IMG/VR virus record: IMGVR_UViG_3300006467_000454
Coordinates: 44,321-108,320 of that record
Length of the DNA: 64,000 nucleotides
From: a virus
Taxonomy: Duplodnaviria > Caudoviricetes
Direction: 5' to 3' (one strand)
The position numbers and the translations under genes were made by a program. Below the pieces are notes generated by a model. That model did not search any database. It saw only the letters and a program-made list of their open reading frames with translations, and was not told the DNA's origin. How positions within the stretch are numbered: the stretch's first letter is position 1; each line of letters starts with the position of its first letter. Below are positions 10,818 to 19,106 of this stretch, one piece after another.

Positions 10818-11477
10818 ATGTATTCACCGTATCAAAATTTTGCTGTGGTCGATGTCGAAACGGGAGGGCTCCTGACTAAGGAGAAGAAAGCCGTGTATGA
10901 TATCGCTCTCACAGAGATCGCAATAGTTATTGTTGATAGCAATTTGGAAATAGTCCATAAGGATAGTTGGTTGATAAAGCCTTATAATGATGCTGAGTAT
11001 CAGCCAGGAGCGGAAAAGGTGTCCGGAATATCTAAAAAGATGTGTGAGGAAGATGGTGTCGATATTGAATTTGCTTGTAAAGAATTCATAAAGGTAGCCA
11101 AGAAATATAAGGTTCATTCCAAGCCACCTACTTTAGTTGGGCATAATTATATCAAGTTTGATAAGTTTTTTGTTGAGAATTTCTTAGCTTATTGTGGGGA
11201 AGATATCAACAAGTATTTCAATAAAGAACCTGAGGATACCATTAAATTTGCTAGGATGAAAAAGCCTGAGGCAAGTGGGTATAGCTTAGGGGAAAGTTGT
11301 GTTGGTGCAGAAATTAATTTGGTACAAGCCCACAGGGCATTGCCAGATACGATAGCAACAGCAGAGCTTTGGATTTCCTACCTAAAGGGATTAAGGGGGC
11401 TGAATTCTCCTAAAAAGTCCAAAAAAGGTAAAAAGGAAAAACCAGAAAAACGGTTTAGACAAAAATTTGAAATTTAA
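10818..11477 (+). CDS. DEDDh 3'-5' exonuclease (Pol III epsilon-like)
   Basis: VVDVETGG (ExoI), GHNYIKFD (ExoII), AHRALPD (ExoIII). Confidence 0.9.
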   Translation: MYSPYQNFAVVDVETGGLLTKEKKAVYDIALTEIAIVIVDSNLEIVHKDSWLIKPYNDAEYQPGAEKVSGISKKMCEEDGVDIEFACKEFIKVAKKYKVHSKPPTLVGHNYIKFDKFFVENFLAYCGEDINKYFNKEPEDTIKFARMKKPEASGYSLGESCVGAEINLVQAHRALPDTIATAELWISYLKGLRGLNSPKKSKKGKKEKPEKRFRQKFEI

Positions 11478-13144
11478 TGCTAATTCCCCCAACACTGTCT
11501 ACAGTTCAGTTACATAATTCTTTCAATTATGCGGAAGATATTGTAAAGAATTTGTCCGACAAAGCAATTACAGAATTGCTAGAGGGGTACGGCAATGACA
11601 TAGATAAACTATTAGATTCTATATTGGTTGAAACAAATAATATTATTAATTTTAACCACGAAAAAATAGAATCAAGCAATCTTCACTACCTATCACATTT
11701 AGAGCAATCTATGCATAGTGAGTTGAAGAGGGTTTGCTACAATTATTTTAAAACAACTTGCCTCCCAGAATTTGATCAAAACTGGAGAAATTTAGAATGG
11801 GGGAATATGGCTCAGCTTTATTCCCATTTAGGTTTATTGGCAAGCCGTTCTTCCGGAAAAAGTTATGAATTTAGTTTAGCTTATCCGATATGGAAAATGT
11901 ATAGGTATCGTCGCCCAAATATGGGTCGTGATACTTATGACAATAAAATGTCAAAGGAAGGGGTAATTGTAACAAATGCTTTGAATTTAGGTAGAAAGCT
12001 CTTATCTAAGATTAATGAGGAAATCATGGTAAATGATATTCTTCGTGAAGAATTAGTTGGGGTAAAAAGGTCAGAATCACAATTAGGTGCTGATAAAATT
12101 ATCACAAAGAAAGGCTCAATGGTTGAACTTAGGTCTTTCGGGAACTCTATTCGTGGTTTGCACCCAGGATGGATAGTCGTAGATGATTTCCTTGATAAAT
12201 CAGCTATCTATTCCCAGGAGCAAAGGGAAAAATTTAAAGAGGTTTTCACAGCGGAAATTATGCCCGCATTGGAACCTAAAGGGAATATAATCGTAGTAGG
12301 TACACCATTTCACCCAGAGGACTTGTATGGTCTTGTATTAAGGAAAGATGGTCGCTTCATGCTGTTTGAATATCCTTCAATTTTCCCTGATGGAAGATTA
12401 TTAGCACCTGACCGTTATGACTACGATAAGTTGATGCAAGAAAAGAATACTCTTGGGTCAATGGTTTTTGCTCGTGAGTATTTGATTACACCGATTTCAG
12501 ATACTTCTTCTATTTTCCCTTGGGAATTTCTTAAGAAGTCATTTATCGGGATGGAGAATATCAACTTTGCTGATAATATTTCATCATATCCAATAAAGCT
12601 GAAACGTGTTATCACGGCGTGTGACCTTGCAATTACTGGTAATGTAGGTGGTGACTATTGTGCTTTTATTACTTTAGGGGTTGATAATGATAATAATATC
12701 TATATCATTAACGTTTGGCATAAACACGGTGCTTCTTACGATGAGCAAATTAATCAAATTGCAAGCATCAATCAAAGGTTTAAGCCTAATAAAATTGTAA
12801 TAGAAAATAATGGCTTCCAAAGAGTAATCGCTGATTTAGCAAGGAATATGGGGTTAAAGAATATCTCAGAATTCCATCAAGGTACTTTGAAGAAAGATTT
12901 AAGAGAAGGATTTCCAGCATTGAGTGCAACGTTTGAGAGGGGTGCTATAAAAATCCCATATAAGGATGGGGCAACTCGCAACATGGCAAGTGTACTATGT
13001 AGGGAATTAAATTCGATAACTTTCCATGAGGATAGTGGTAAGCTAGAAGCAGCGTCAGGGCATGATGATTTAGCCCATGCACTTTATATTGGATTCCATG
13101 AATTAATTTTCAATAAACGGAATATTAATTTCCATTTAATTTAA
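11477..13144 (+). CDS. terL: Terminase large subunit
   Basis: Walker A ASRSSGKS, IRGLHP..IVVDD Walker B, VGTP, FAREY, nuclease motifs CDLA..GDY, IENNGFQ and GHDDLA. Confidence 0.88.
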   Translation: MLIPPTLSTVQLHNSFNYAEDIVKNLSDKAITELLEGYGNDIDKLLDSILVETNNIINFNHEKIESSNLHYLSHLEQSMHSELKRVCYNYFKTTCLPEFDQNWRNLEWGNMAQLYSHLGLLASRSSGKSYEFSLAYPIWKMYRYRRPNMGRDTYDNKMSKEGVIVTNALNLGRKLLSKINEEIMVNDILREELVGVKRSESQLGADKIITKKGSMVELRSFGNSIRGLHPGWIVVDDFLDKSAIYSQEQREKFKEVFTAEIMPALEPKGNIIVVGTPFHPEDLYGLVLRKDGRFMLFEYPSIFPDGRLLAPDRYDYDKLMQEKNTLGSMVFAREYLITPISDTSSIFPWEFLKKSFIGMENINFADNISSYPIKLKRVITACDLAITGNVGGDYCAFITLGVDNDNNIYIINVWHKHGASYDEQINQIASINQRFKPNKIVIENNGFQRVIADLARNMGLKNISEFHQGTLKKDLREGFPALSATFERGAIKIPYKDGATRNMASVLCRELNSITFHEDSGKLEAASGHDDLAHALYIGFHELIFNKRNINFHLI

Positions 13145-13153
13145 AATCGTAAT

Positions 13154-14533
13154 ATGAATTTAACGGATTCGTTTTTGGATGAGATTTTCAAATTGTGCTT
13201 TATAAAGAAGCCTATTATGGAAATTGTAAATTCTCAACTAGAATATGAGTACATCCCAGTAGAGCTAAAGGAATATAAATTCATTCTTAAATCCATTAAG
13301 AATTTTTATAGCCTGAATAATGCCCTACCTTCAATTGGGGTGGTTAGCCAACAATTCAGCACTAAGCCTGAAATCCAGAATGCCTTGAAAAAGATTCAAG
13401 ATGCCAAGGTTGCTGATGATTTTGCAATCCTTACACAATTGCAAAAATTTATCCAAGATAGCAAATTACAGTTATTGATAGAAGATGTTGTTGAAACATA
13501 TAATAATGATCAAACAGATTTAGCTTTTAGGAAATTATCGGATGGTGTTGAAAGTGTAAACAAAGTTGCAATAGGTGTCATGAAAGATCAGTTCATGAAA
13601 GTGTTTGCTGATTTTGACCATGATATGAAAGAAAATAGGGAGGAATCCGAAGAAGGTAATTATTATGAAGATAAAGTGCCTTTTGGGATTACTCCCTTAG
13701 ATATGCTTACAGATGGAGGGTTAGATAAAGAAGATATCGCCCTTTGGATTATGCGTTCTGGGGTTGGTAAATCAACGGCTTTAAAACATTCTGGAATGTA
13801 CGCTTGTAGATTAGGATATAATGTTTTACATATACAAGCAGAGGGCACTAAAAAAGAATGCAAAGTGAAATATAACCAAGTATGGTCTGGGCTTACATTT
13901 AGGCAAATTCAAACTGGTGATATTCCTGTTAAAAAATATAAGAAAATTCAGAAGGCTCTACAAAAATTAAAGGCTAAGAAAAGGGAATTATCCGTTTATG
14001 CCTTTGAGCAATTTGGGGAGCCGTCAATGCTTGATATCCGAGAAATTGTGTTTGATTATTTTAAGGTGAACGGCTTCTTTCCGGATTTATTAATTATCGA
14101 TTCCCTTGACCTTATCCATCCTGGAGATGGGTTGAAGTATGGTGTAGATACTCAGTCAATAAAAATGAAGCTTCAAAATACGGCTAAGAAAATGAAGAAC
14201 TTGGCTGTTGAGGTTGGGACTAGGGTGTTAACAGCCACACAAACAAGTGATATCGCTGAGCAAGTATGGAATGATAAGAATAAAGTGATTACCCGTTCAA
14301 ATACAATGGGGGACCGAAATCTTGTAAATCCATTTAGTTATGTATTCACAGGCAATCAGACTAGGGAAGAGAGGAAGAAGAAACAGATGAGGATCTACGT
14401 TGATAAGTTAAGGAATTATGATACTAAAGGTGCTATCTATCCTATTGTGACTAATTATGGCCAAGGTAGGTTCTTTAACGTCAAGAAATCTTTTGAATTA
14501 TTCCAAGAAGAGTATGAAGAAATTGCGGCTTGA
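13154..14533 (+). CDS. DnaB-like replicative helicase
   Basis: MRSGVGKS Walker A, IIDSLD Walker B, TATQ, YVDKLRN. Confidence 0.85.
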   Translation: MNLTDSFLDEIFKLCFIKKPIMEIVNSQLEYEYIPVELKEYKFILKSIKNFYSLNNALPSIGVVSQQFSTKPEIQNALKKIQDAKVADDFAILTQLQKFIQDSKLQLLIEDVVETYNNDQTDLAFRKLSDGVESVNKVAIGVMKDQFMKVFADFDHDMKENREESEEGNYYEDKVPFGITPLDMLTDGGLDKEDIALWIMRSGVGKSTALKHSGMYACRLGYNVLHIQAEGTKKECKVKYNQVWSGLTFRQIQTGDIPVKKYKKIQKALQKLKAKKRELSVYAFEQFGEPSMLDIREIVFDYFKVNGFFPDLLIIDSLDLIHPGDGLKYGVDTQSIKMKLQNTAKKMKNLAVEVGTRVLTATQTSDIAEQVWNDKNKVITRSNTMGDRNLVNPFSYVFTGNQTREERKKKQMRIYVDKLRNYDTKGAIYPIVTNYGQGRFFNVKKSFELFQEEYEEIAA

Positions 14534-15518
14534 GAAAATTAGGGAATTTTATGGCTTGAGGCTATTCGGCCAGAAGGGGTGGTTATATAATCCACACTTC
14601 AATTGTGTTAGCTGCGGTAAGCATGGTAAATTTGGATTCAAGATCAGTAAAAAGGGCGGTGTTGTGCATTGCTTTAAATGTGAATTCAAAACTTCTATAT
14701 TCAAGTTCTTAAAAGAACAGGGGAAAGAAGATTTTATCATTTATGATAGGGAAAGGTCATTAAAAGAAAAGCTACCTAACATAAATACGGAAACTCAGGT
14801 TGAAAGAAAAGAATTAAAAGAGGTTGATTTACCATTAGGGTTTAAACGGTTGAAACAAGATGATTACCTTGATAGTCGTGGATTTCAACCTTGGCAATAT
14901 AAGCAATTCAAAGTTGGGGAAACAGACTCTATTCTAGAAGAAAAATTGAATGATGGGTTGATATTCCAAATATTTCAAAAGGGGAAAAGGGTTGCTTGGC
15001 TATTCCGGAGTAGGAAAGATAAAGATTGGCATGAAGAAAATATTCAACGGGCTAAACTCGGGAATGAAAAATTGGTCCTAAGATATCGGAATAGTGATGA
15101 TACTGATTTTGATGGTATTTTAGGTGGTGTGGATGAAATCAAAAAGAAAACAAAAAGATTAATATTAGTTGAAGGGCTATTTGATAAAGCAAATGTGGAT
15201 AAACTCTTGAAGTTGAATGAGCGGAAAGATATGAAATGTTGTTTTACATTTGGGAACAAAGTATCAGATGAACAGATAAGATTAATAGAAGAAACCAACG
15301 TTGAGGAGATAATTTTGATGTATGATCCTGGGACAATAAAACAGATTAAAACTTATTCCTCAAGGCTTTCAAAAAAATTTAAGGTGTGGGTGGCTGAGAT
15401 TAAGGGAGATGACATAGATCCTGGAAATATTAGTTTAAAATACTTAGAAGAAATTATGAACAATCTAGTTGATTTTTTATATTTTTATAAAAATCGGATA
15501 GACTTAAAATTTAAGTGA
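14514..15518 (+). CDS. DNA primase (Zn finger + TOPRIM)
   Basis: CxxC...HCFKC zinc-binding domain; LVEGLFD and MYDP TOPRIM motifs; follows the helicase; ATG at 14514 preferred. Confidence 0.85.
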   Translation: MKKLRLEKIREFYGLRLFGQKGWLYNPHFNCVSCGKHGKFGFKISKKGGVVHCFKCEFKTSIFKFLKEQGKEDFIIYDRERSLKEKLPNINTETQVERKELKEVDLPLGFKRLKQDDYLDSRGFQPWQYKQFKVGETDSILEEKLNDGLIFQIFQKGKRVAWLFRSRKDKDWHEENIQRAKLGNEKLVLRYRNSDDTDFDGILGGVDEIKKKTKRLILVEGLFDKANVDKLLKLNERKDMKCCFTFGNKVSDEQIRLIEETNVEEIILMYDPGTIKQIKTYSSRLSKKFKVWVAEIKGDDIDPGNISLKYLEEIMNNLVDFLYFYKNRIDLKFK

Positions 15519-15520
15519 AT

Positions 15521-16015
15521 ATGGCAAACAAAAGTAGGCACATTCCTATTTCGGAATATTATTCTATTTTGCAATTAGAATATATATCGTTTAGGCTTCG
15601 TGAAGCTATTTATCAAAAGAAGTACTCAGAGAAGTACAAACCTTATTGTGAAGGTAAAAAAGAAAAGATTGAAAGTATTGCATTGCAAAATTGTTTACCT
15701 TCAATTTTTAATTCGGAAACCTCAAGAGAAAAATATTTGGGGAAGTTTTTCAATGAATTTGGATTGCCCAATTTTACCTATAAGAATGAAGATTCTAAGG
15801 AGAAAATGGGTAAGTGGGATAAGTATTATTATTTTTCTCCTGGGACTTCCGTTAAATTTAAGGTAGAAGATAGCAAGGATATCCAAATCGGGACTATCGT
15901 TTCTAATTTGATTGAGGAAGAATCAGTTGTTGTAAAAACAATTGAAAAAGAAGAATTCACGTTGGCATATAGCAAAGTTGCCCGTATGCTCGTGGAAAGT
16001 TTGTTTAATTTTTAA
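15521..16015 (+). CDS. Hypothetical protein
   Basis: ORF tightly packed between primase and dUTPase. Confidence 0.55.
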   Translation: MANKSRHIPISEYYSILQLEYISFRLREAIYQKKYSEKYKPYCEGKKEKIESIALQNCLPSIFNSETSREKYLGKFFNEFGLPNFTYKNEDSKEKMGKWDKYYYFSPGTSVKFKVEDSKDIQIGTIVSNLIEEESVVVKTIEKEEFTLAYSKVARMLVESLFNF

Positions 16016-16025
16016 TTTTTGGAAA

Positions 16026-16541
16026 ATGTTAAATGTAAAAATCAAGCCTGAAAGAATCAATTTTCAGAAACCAGTAAAAGGAAGTAAAGATGCAGCGTGT
16101 TGGGATGTTTATGCTTCCAAAATTGAAGAAAAGCCAGATGGGTTGGTGATTGTTTATTTAGGGTTCAGTACTGAAATCCCTGTTGGCTATAAGGGTGTTA
16201 TCGTAGCCCGTTCCAATATCACTAAATATGGCTGGTGTATTCCTAATGCTCCTGGACAAATTGATCCAGATTTCCGCAATGAGTGGCAAGTTAGATTCCG
16301 CAGATTGCCTATGTTCCGTGAAAAAGAATTAGTGGGGAATCCACGTTGTAAAAACGGGGAAGGGGAATTGTATTCCAAAACTCAAGATTTCTTAGAGATG
16401 CATTCGTTCCCTTATAAGCAAGGTGAAAGGGTTGCCCAAATCTACTTTGAAAAAGAAGAAGAAGTTGTTTGGCAAGAAGTTAAAGAAACCAATGATACCG
16501 AGCGTGGCTTGGGTGGCTTTGAAAGCACTGGGAGATCATAA
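16026..16541 (+). CDS. dut: Trimeric dUTPase
   Basis: All five motifs present: AACWDV, ARSN, GQIDPDFRNE, GERVAQ, RGLGGFESTG; ATG at 16026. Confidence 0.9.
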   Translation: MLNVKIKPERINFQKPVKGSKDAACWDVYASKIEEKPDGLVIVYLGFSTEIPVGYKGVIVARSNITKYGWCIPNAPGQIDPDFRNEWQVRFRRLPMFREKELVGNPRCKNGEGELYSKTQDFLEMHSFPYKQGERVAQIYFEKEEEVVWQEVKETNDTERGLGGFESTGRS

Positions 16542-16544
16542 TCT

Positions 16545-16628
16545 TATTTAAATTCATTATAAATAGGTGTTCTAGAGGGGGAAATCTCCCCTTTTATTTT
16601 GTAGATAAAAATCTAAAGATTAATTTTG
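16545..16628 (+). promoter_or_regulatory. 21-bp palindrome plus Bacteroidota-type promoter heading the modification/DnaE operon
   Basis: TATTTA-N9-TAAATA at 16545-16565; TTTG 16598-16601, N19, TAATTTTG 16621-16628. Confidence 0.75.
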
Positions 16629-16669
16629 AATCATCAAGAAGTCAAATTTTAATCTAAAAAATAGAAAAA

Positions 16670-17644
16670 ATGGGCGTAAGCGTAAAAGATGTATTGAAAA
16701 GAAAATACAAGAAACTGAAAGATGATGAGATCATCGATATGTTATCAACTGAGTTGAAAGAAGAAGAACGTGAAGTTCTTTTGGAACTTGCTAAGAAAAG
16801 GAAAATCATTAATGATATTCCGGAATCTACTGAGGAAGTTGAAGAAATTCCTTATGAAAAACCTGACGCTAAATTGGTGAAAAAGGCTGTGAAAATTTTT
16901 GATGATTTTGCCGAAAATCAGGAAACTGATCTTTACGGTAAGGCAGCGGAGATCATTAAAGATCGTGAAATTTCTGAACTTTCTAAGCATGAAGTTGAAG
17001 CGATTATTGCTTTGAAACCTGCTACAAAACGTAAAAAGGCTCCAGCAAAGGCAAAAACTGAAAAACCTGAAAAAGCGGAGAAAAGTGAAAAGGCTGCTAA
17101 ATCCGGAAAGGGAAAAGGCAAGGAGAAAGAAAAGGTTGAAGAGCCTAAAGCTGAAGAAAAAGTAGAAAAGCCTGAAAAAACGGAAAAGAAAGAAAAAGCT
17201 GTTTCGTTTAAAGCCTTTAAGGATCTTGCCATGAAAGCGGAAAACGTGAACGATTTTTATGAAGCCGTTAAGGAAATGAAAGATGTTCCTAAGAAAACTG
17301 TCGATAAGTTTTATAAGAAGTACGGTCAGGATGGTAAATTGGCGGAGTTTGAAGCCCTTAAAGTTTTCTATGATGAAACTATGGAAAAGAAAGAAAAGGC
17401 TAAAACAAGCAGCAAGCGTAAGCCATTTGTGGAGCTTGATGAATCTGCTGAGGTTAAAGGTTTGAAACTTGGTTCAAAAGTTTCTTTCAAAGCTCACCAC
17501 CTTTCTAAAAAAGCAGGTGAACAAATTAAGGGTAAAGTTACCCGTATCATCATTGCTAATCGTGATAGCAAGGAGTACATCAAAATTGAAACCAAAAATG
17601 ATGGTGAATTCCACAAGAGAGCGAATTCTGTAGAAATATTATAA
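16670..17644 (+). CDS. Lys/Glu-rich hypothetical protein, possibly nucleic-acid binding
   Basis: Central EKPEKAEK low-complexity tract; small beta-rich C-terminal domain. Confidence 0.55.
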   Translation: MGVSVKDVLKRKYKKLKDDEIIDMLSTELKEEEREVLLELAKKRKIINDIPESTEEVEEIPYEKPDAKLVKKAVKIFDDFAENQETDLYGKAAEIIKDREISELSKHEVEAIIALKPATKRKKAPAKAKTEKPEKAEKSEKAAKSGKGKGKEKEKVEEPKAEEKVEKPEKTEKKEKAVSFKAFKDLAMKAENVNDFYEAVKEMKDVPKKTVDKFYKKYGQDGKLAEFEALKVFYDETMEKKEKAKTSSKRKPFVELDESAEVKGLKLGSKVSFKAHHLSKKAGEQIKGKVTRIIIANRDSKEYIKIETKNDGEFHKRANSVEIL

Positions 17645-17653
17645 AAAGTTTCT

Positions 17654-18715
17654 ATGTATAATAATCGTATTGTCATTGATTTAGATGACACAATATCCGT
17701 TACATTTGATAGGGACTGGGAAAATTCAACCCCAGTCCTTCCTGTCATTGGAAAAATTAATCAACTGTATGATTTAGGTTGGGAGATTTGCATTGTTACT
17801 GCAAGGGGTCAATTAAGTTGTAAAGGAGATTCAAAAAAAGCCGATGATAAATACCGTACTCAAATTGAAACTTGGCTCAAGAAACACGGAGTCAAATACA
17901 CTTCTTTATCATTTGAGAAAGTATTAGCCACATATTATGTTGATGATAAATCATTGTCACCTGAGGATTTCACAAAATTGAATGTTGTGGGATTACAGGG
18001 GGGATTGTCTGGCGCCAAAATTGAAAAGGTGGGGGATAAGGTTTACAAGACACATAAAAACTCTCTTCAGGCTGTTAAATGGTATTCCATAATTGAAAAC
18101 TATGATATTCGTATTCCTAAAATACATAGTATTATTGGGGATACTATTTGCATGGAATATATAGAGGATTGCCCAATAAAGCAACCCCATTTCCCTAGCC
18201 TTACAAAAGCCATTGATATTTTTTCTGGGATTAAGGTGAAAGGGGTTCCGTTTGATAATTATATTGAGCGTATCCATAAGCATGCGGAATATCATGGTGA
18301 GTTTTCTGAGATAGTTGACGAATTGGTTTTACATTCAAAATTTTATGAGGAGTTTTCTTCATTTTGTCATGGGGATTTTTCTATTGATAACATTTTAATC
18401 GATAGGAAAGGTTCCCATTATTTGATTGACCCAATTTATGAAGAAGATTCATGGAGTTCATGGCTTTTGGATGTTTCTAAATTGGCTCATTCTTATAGAA
18501 GGTATGATAAAGTTGATACCCTTTGGAATATTTATGAGCATTATAGGCATAAGGTAGACTGGAATCATCTTAAACTATTAGAAATAACTCAATGGATCAG
18601 GGTGCTAAAATACCTTAAAGACCAGAGGGAGATAAACAGATTTAGAAACACAATAGACGTTATGATGTATGAATATTTTGGTAGAAATAGAAAACCTAAA
18701 ACTAAATGGTTCTAA
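17654..18715 (+). CDS. HAD phosphatase (capsule-biosynthesis type) fused to an APH/choline-kinase-like phosphotransferase
   Basis: HAD motifs IDLDDT, VTARG, K, YVDDK; kinase motifs GGLSGA..K, CHGDFSIDNIL, LIDP, DVSKL. Confidence 0.82.
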   Translation: MYNNRIVIDLDDTISVTFDRDWENSTPVLPVIGKINQLYDLGWEICIVTARGQLSCKGDSKKADDKYRTQIETWLKKHGVKYTSLSFEKVLATYYVDDKSLSPEDFTKLNVVGLQGGLSGAKIEKVGDKVYKTHKNSLQAVKWYSIIENYDIRIPKIHSIIGDTICMEYIEDCPIKQPHFPSLTKAIDIFSGIKVKGVPFDNYIERIHKHAEYHGEFSEIVDELVLHSKFYEEFSSFCHGDFSIDNILIDRKGSHYLIDPIYEEDSWSSWLLDVSKLAHSYRRYDKVDTLWNIYEHYRHKVDWNHLKLLEITQWIRVLKYLKDQREINRFRNTIDVMMYEYFGRNRKPKTKWF

Positions 18716-19106
18716 AATAGGCTTCACTGCAAGCTCTTTTGATTTGATGCATCCTGGACATATCGCAATGTTATCAGAAGCAAAATCAAAATGTGATTAC
18801 TTGATAGTGGGGTTGTTGACAGACCCAACAATTTCTAGGTACGGTTCAAAAAATAAGCCTGTCCAAACTACTTTTGAAAGGTTCATTCAGGCTCAAGCTT
18901 TAGGCTGTGTTGATTTCATAATCCCATTTGATACCGAAGAAGATTTGGAGCAAATGTTGAAATTGATAATGCCTGACATTCGGTTCGTTGGTGAGGAGTA
19001 TAAAGATAAAGATCACACGGGTAAAAATATCGATGGGATTGAAATCTTTTACAATAAGCGAAAGCATAATTATAGTTCTTCAGAATTAAGGGGGAGGTTA
19101 AAATGA
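18669..19106 (+). CDS. HxGH nucleotidyltransferase (TagD / HldE-C cytidylyltransferase family)
   Basis: SSFDLMHPGH, KP......ER and C-terminal RKHNYSSSELR. Confidence 0.88.
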   Translation: MNILVEIENLKLNGSKIGFTASSFDLMHPGHIAMLSEAKSKCDYLIVGLLTDPTISRYGSKNKPVQTTFERFIQAQALGCVDFIIPFDTEEDLEQMLKLIMPDIRFVGEEYKDKDHTGKNIDGIEIFYNKRKHNYSSSELRGRLK

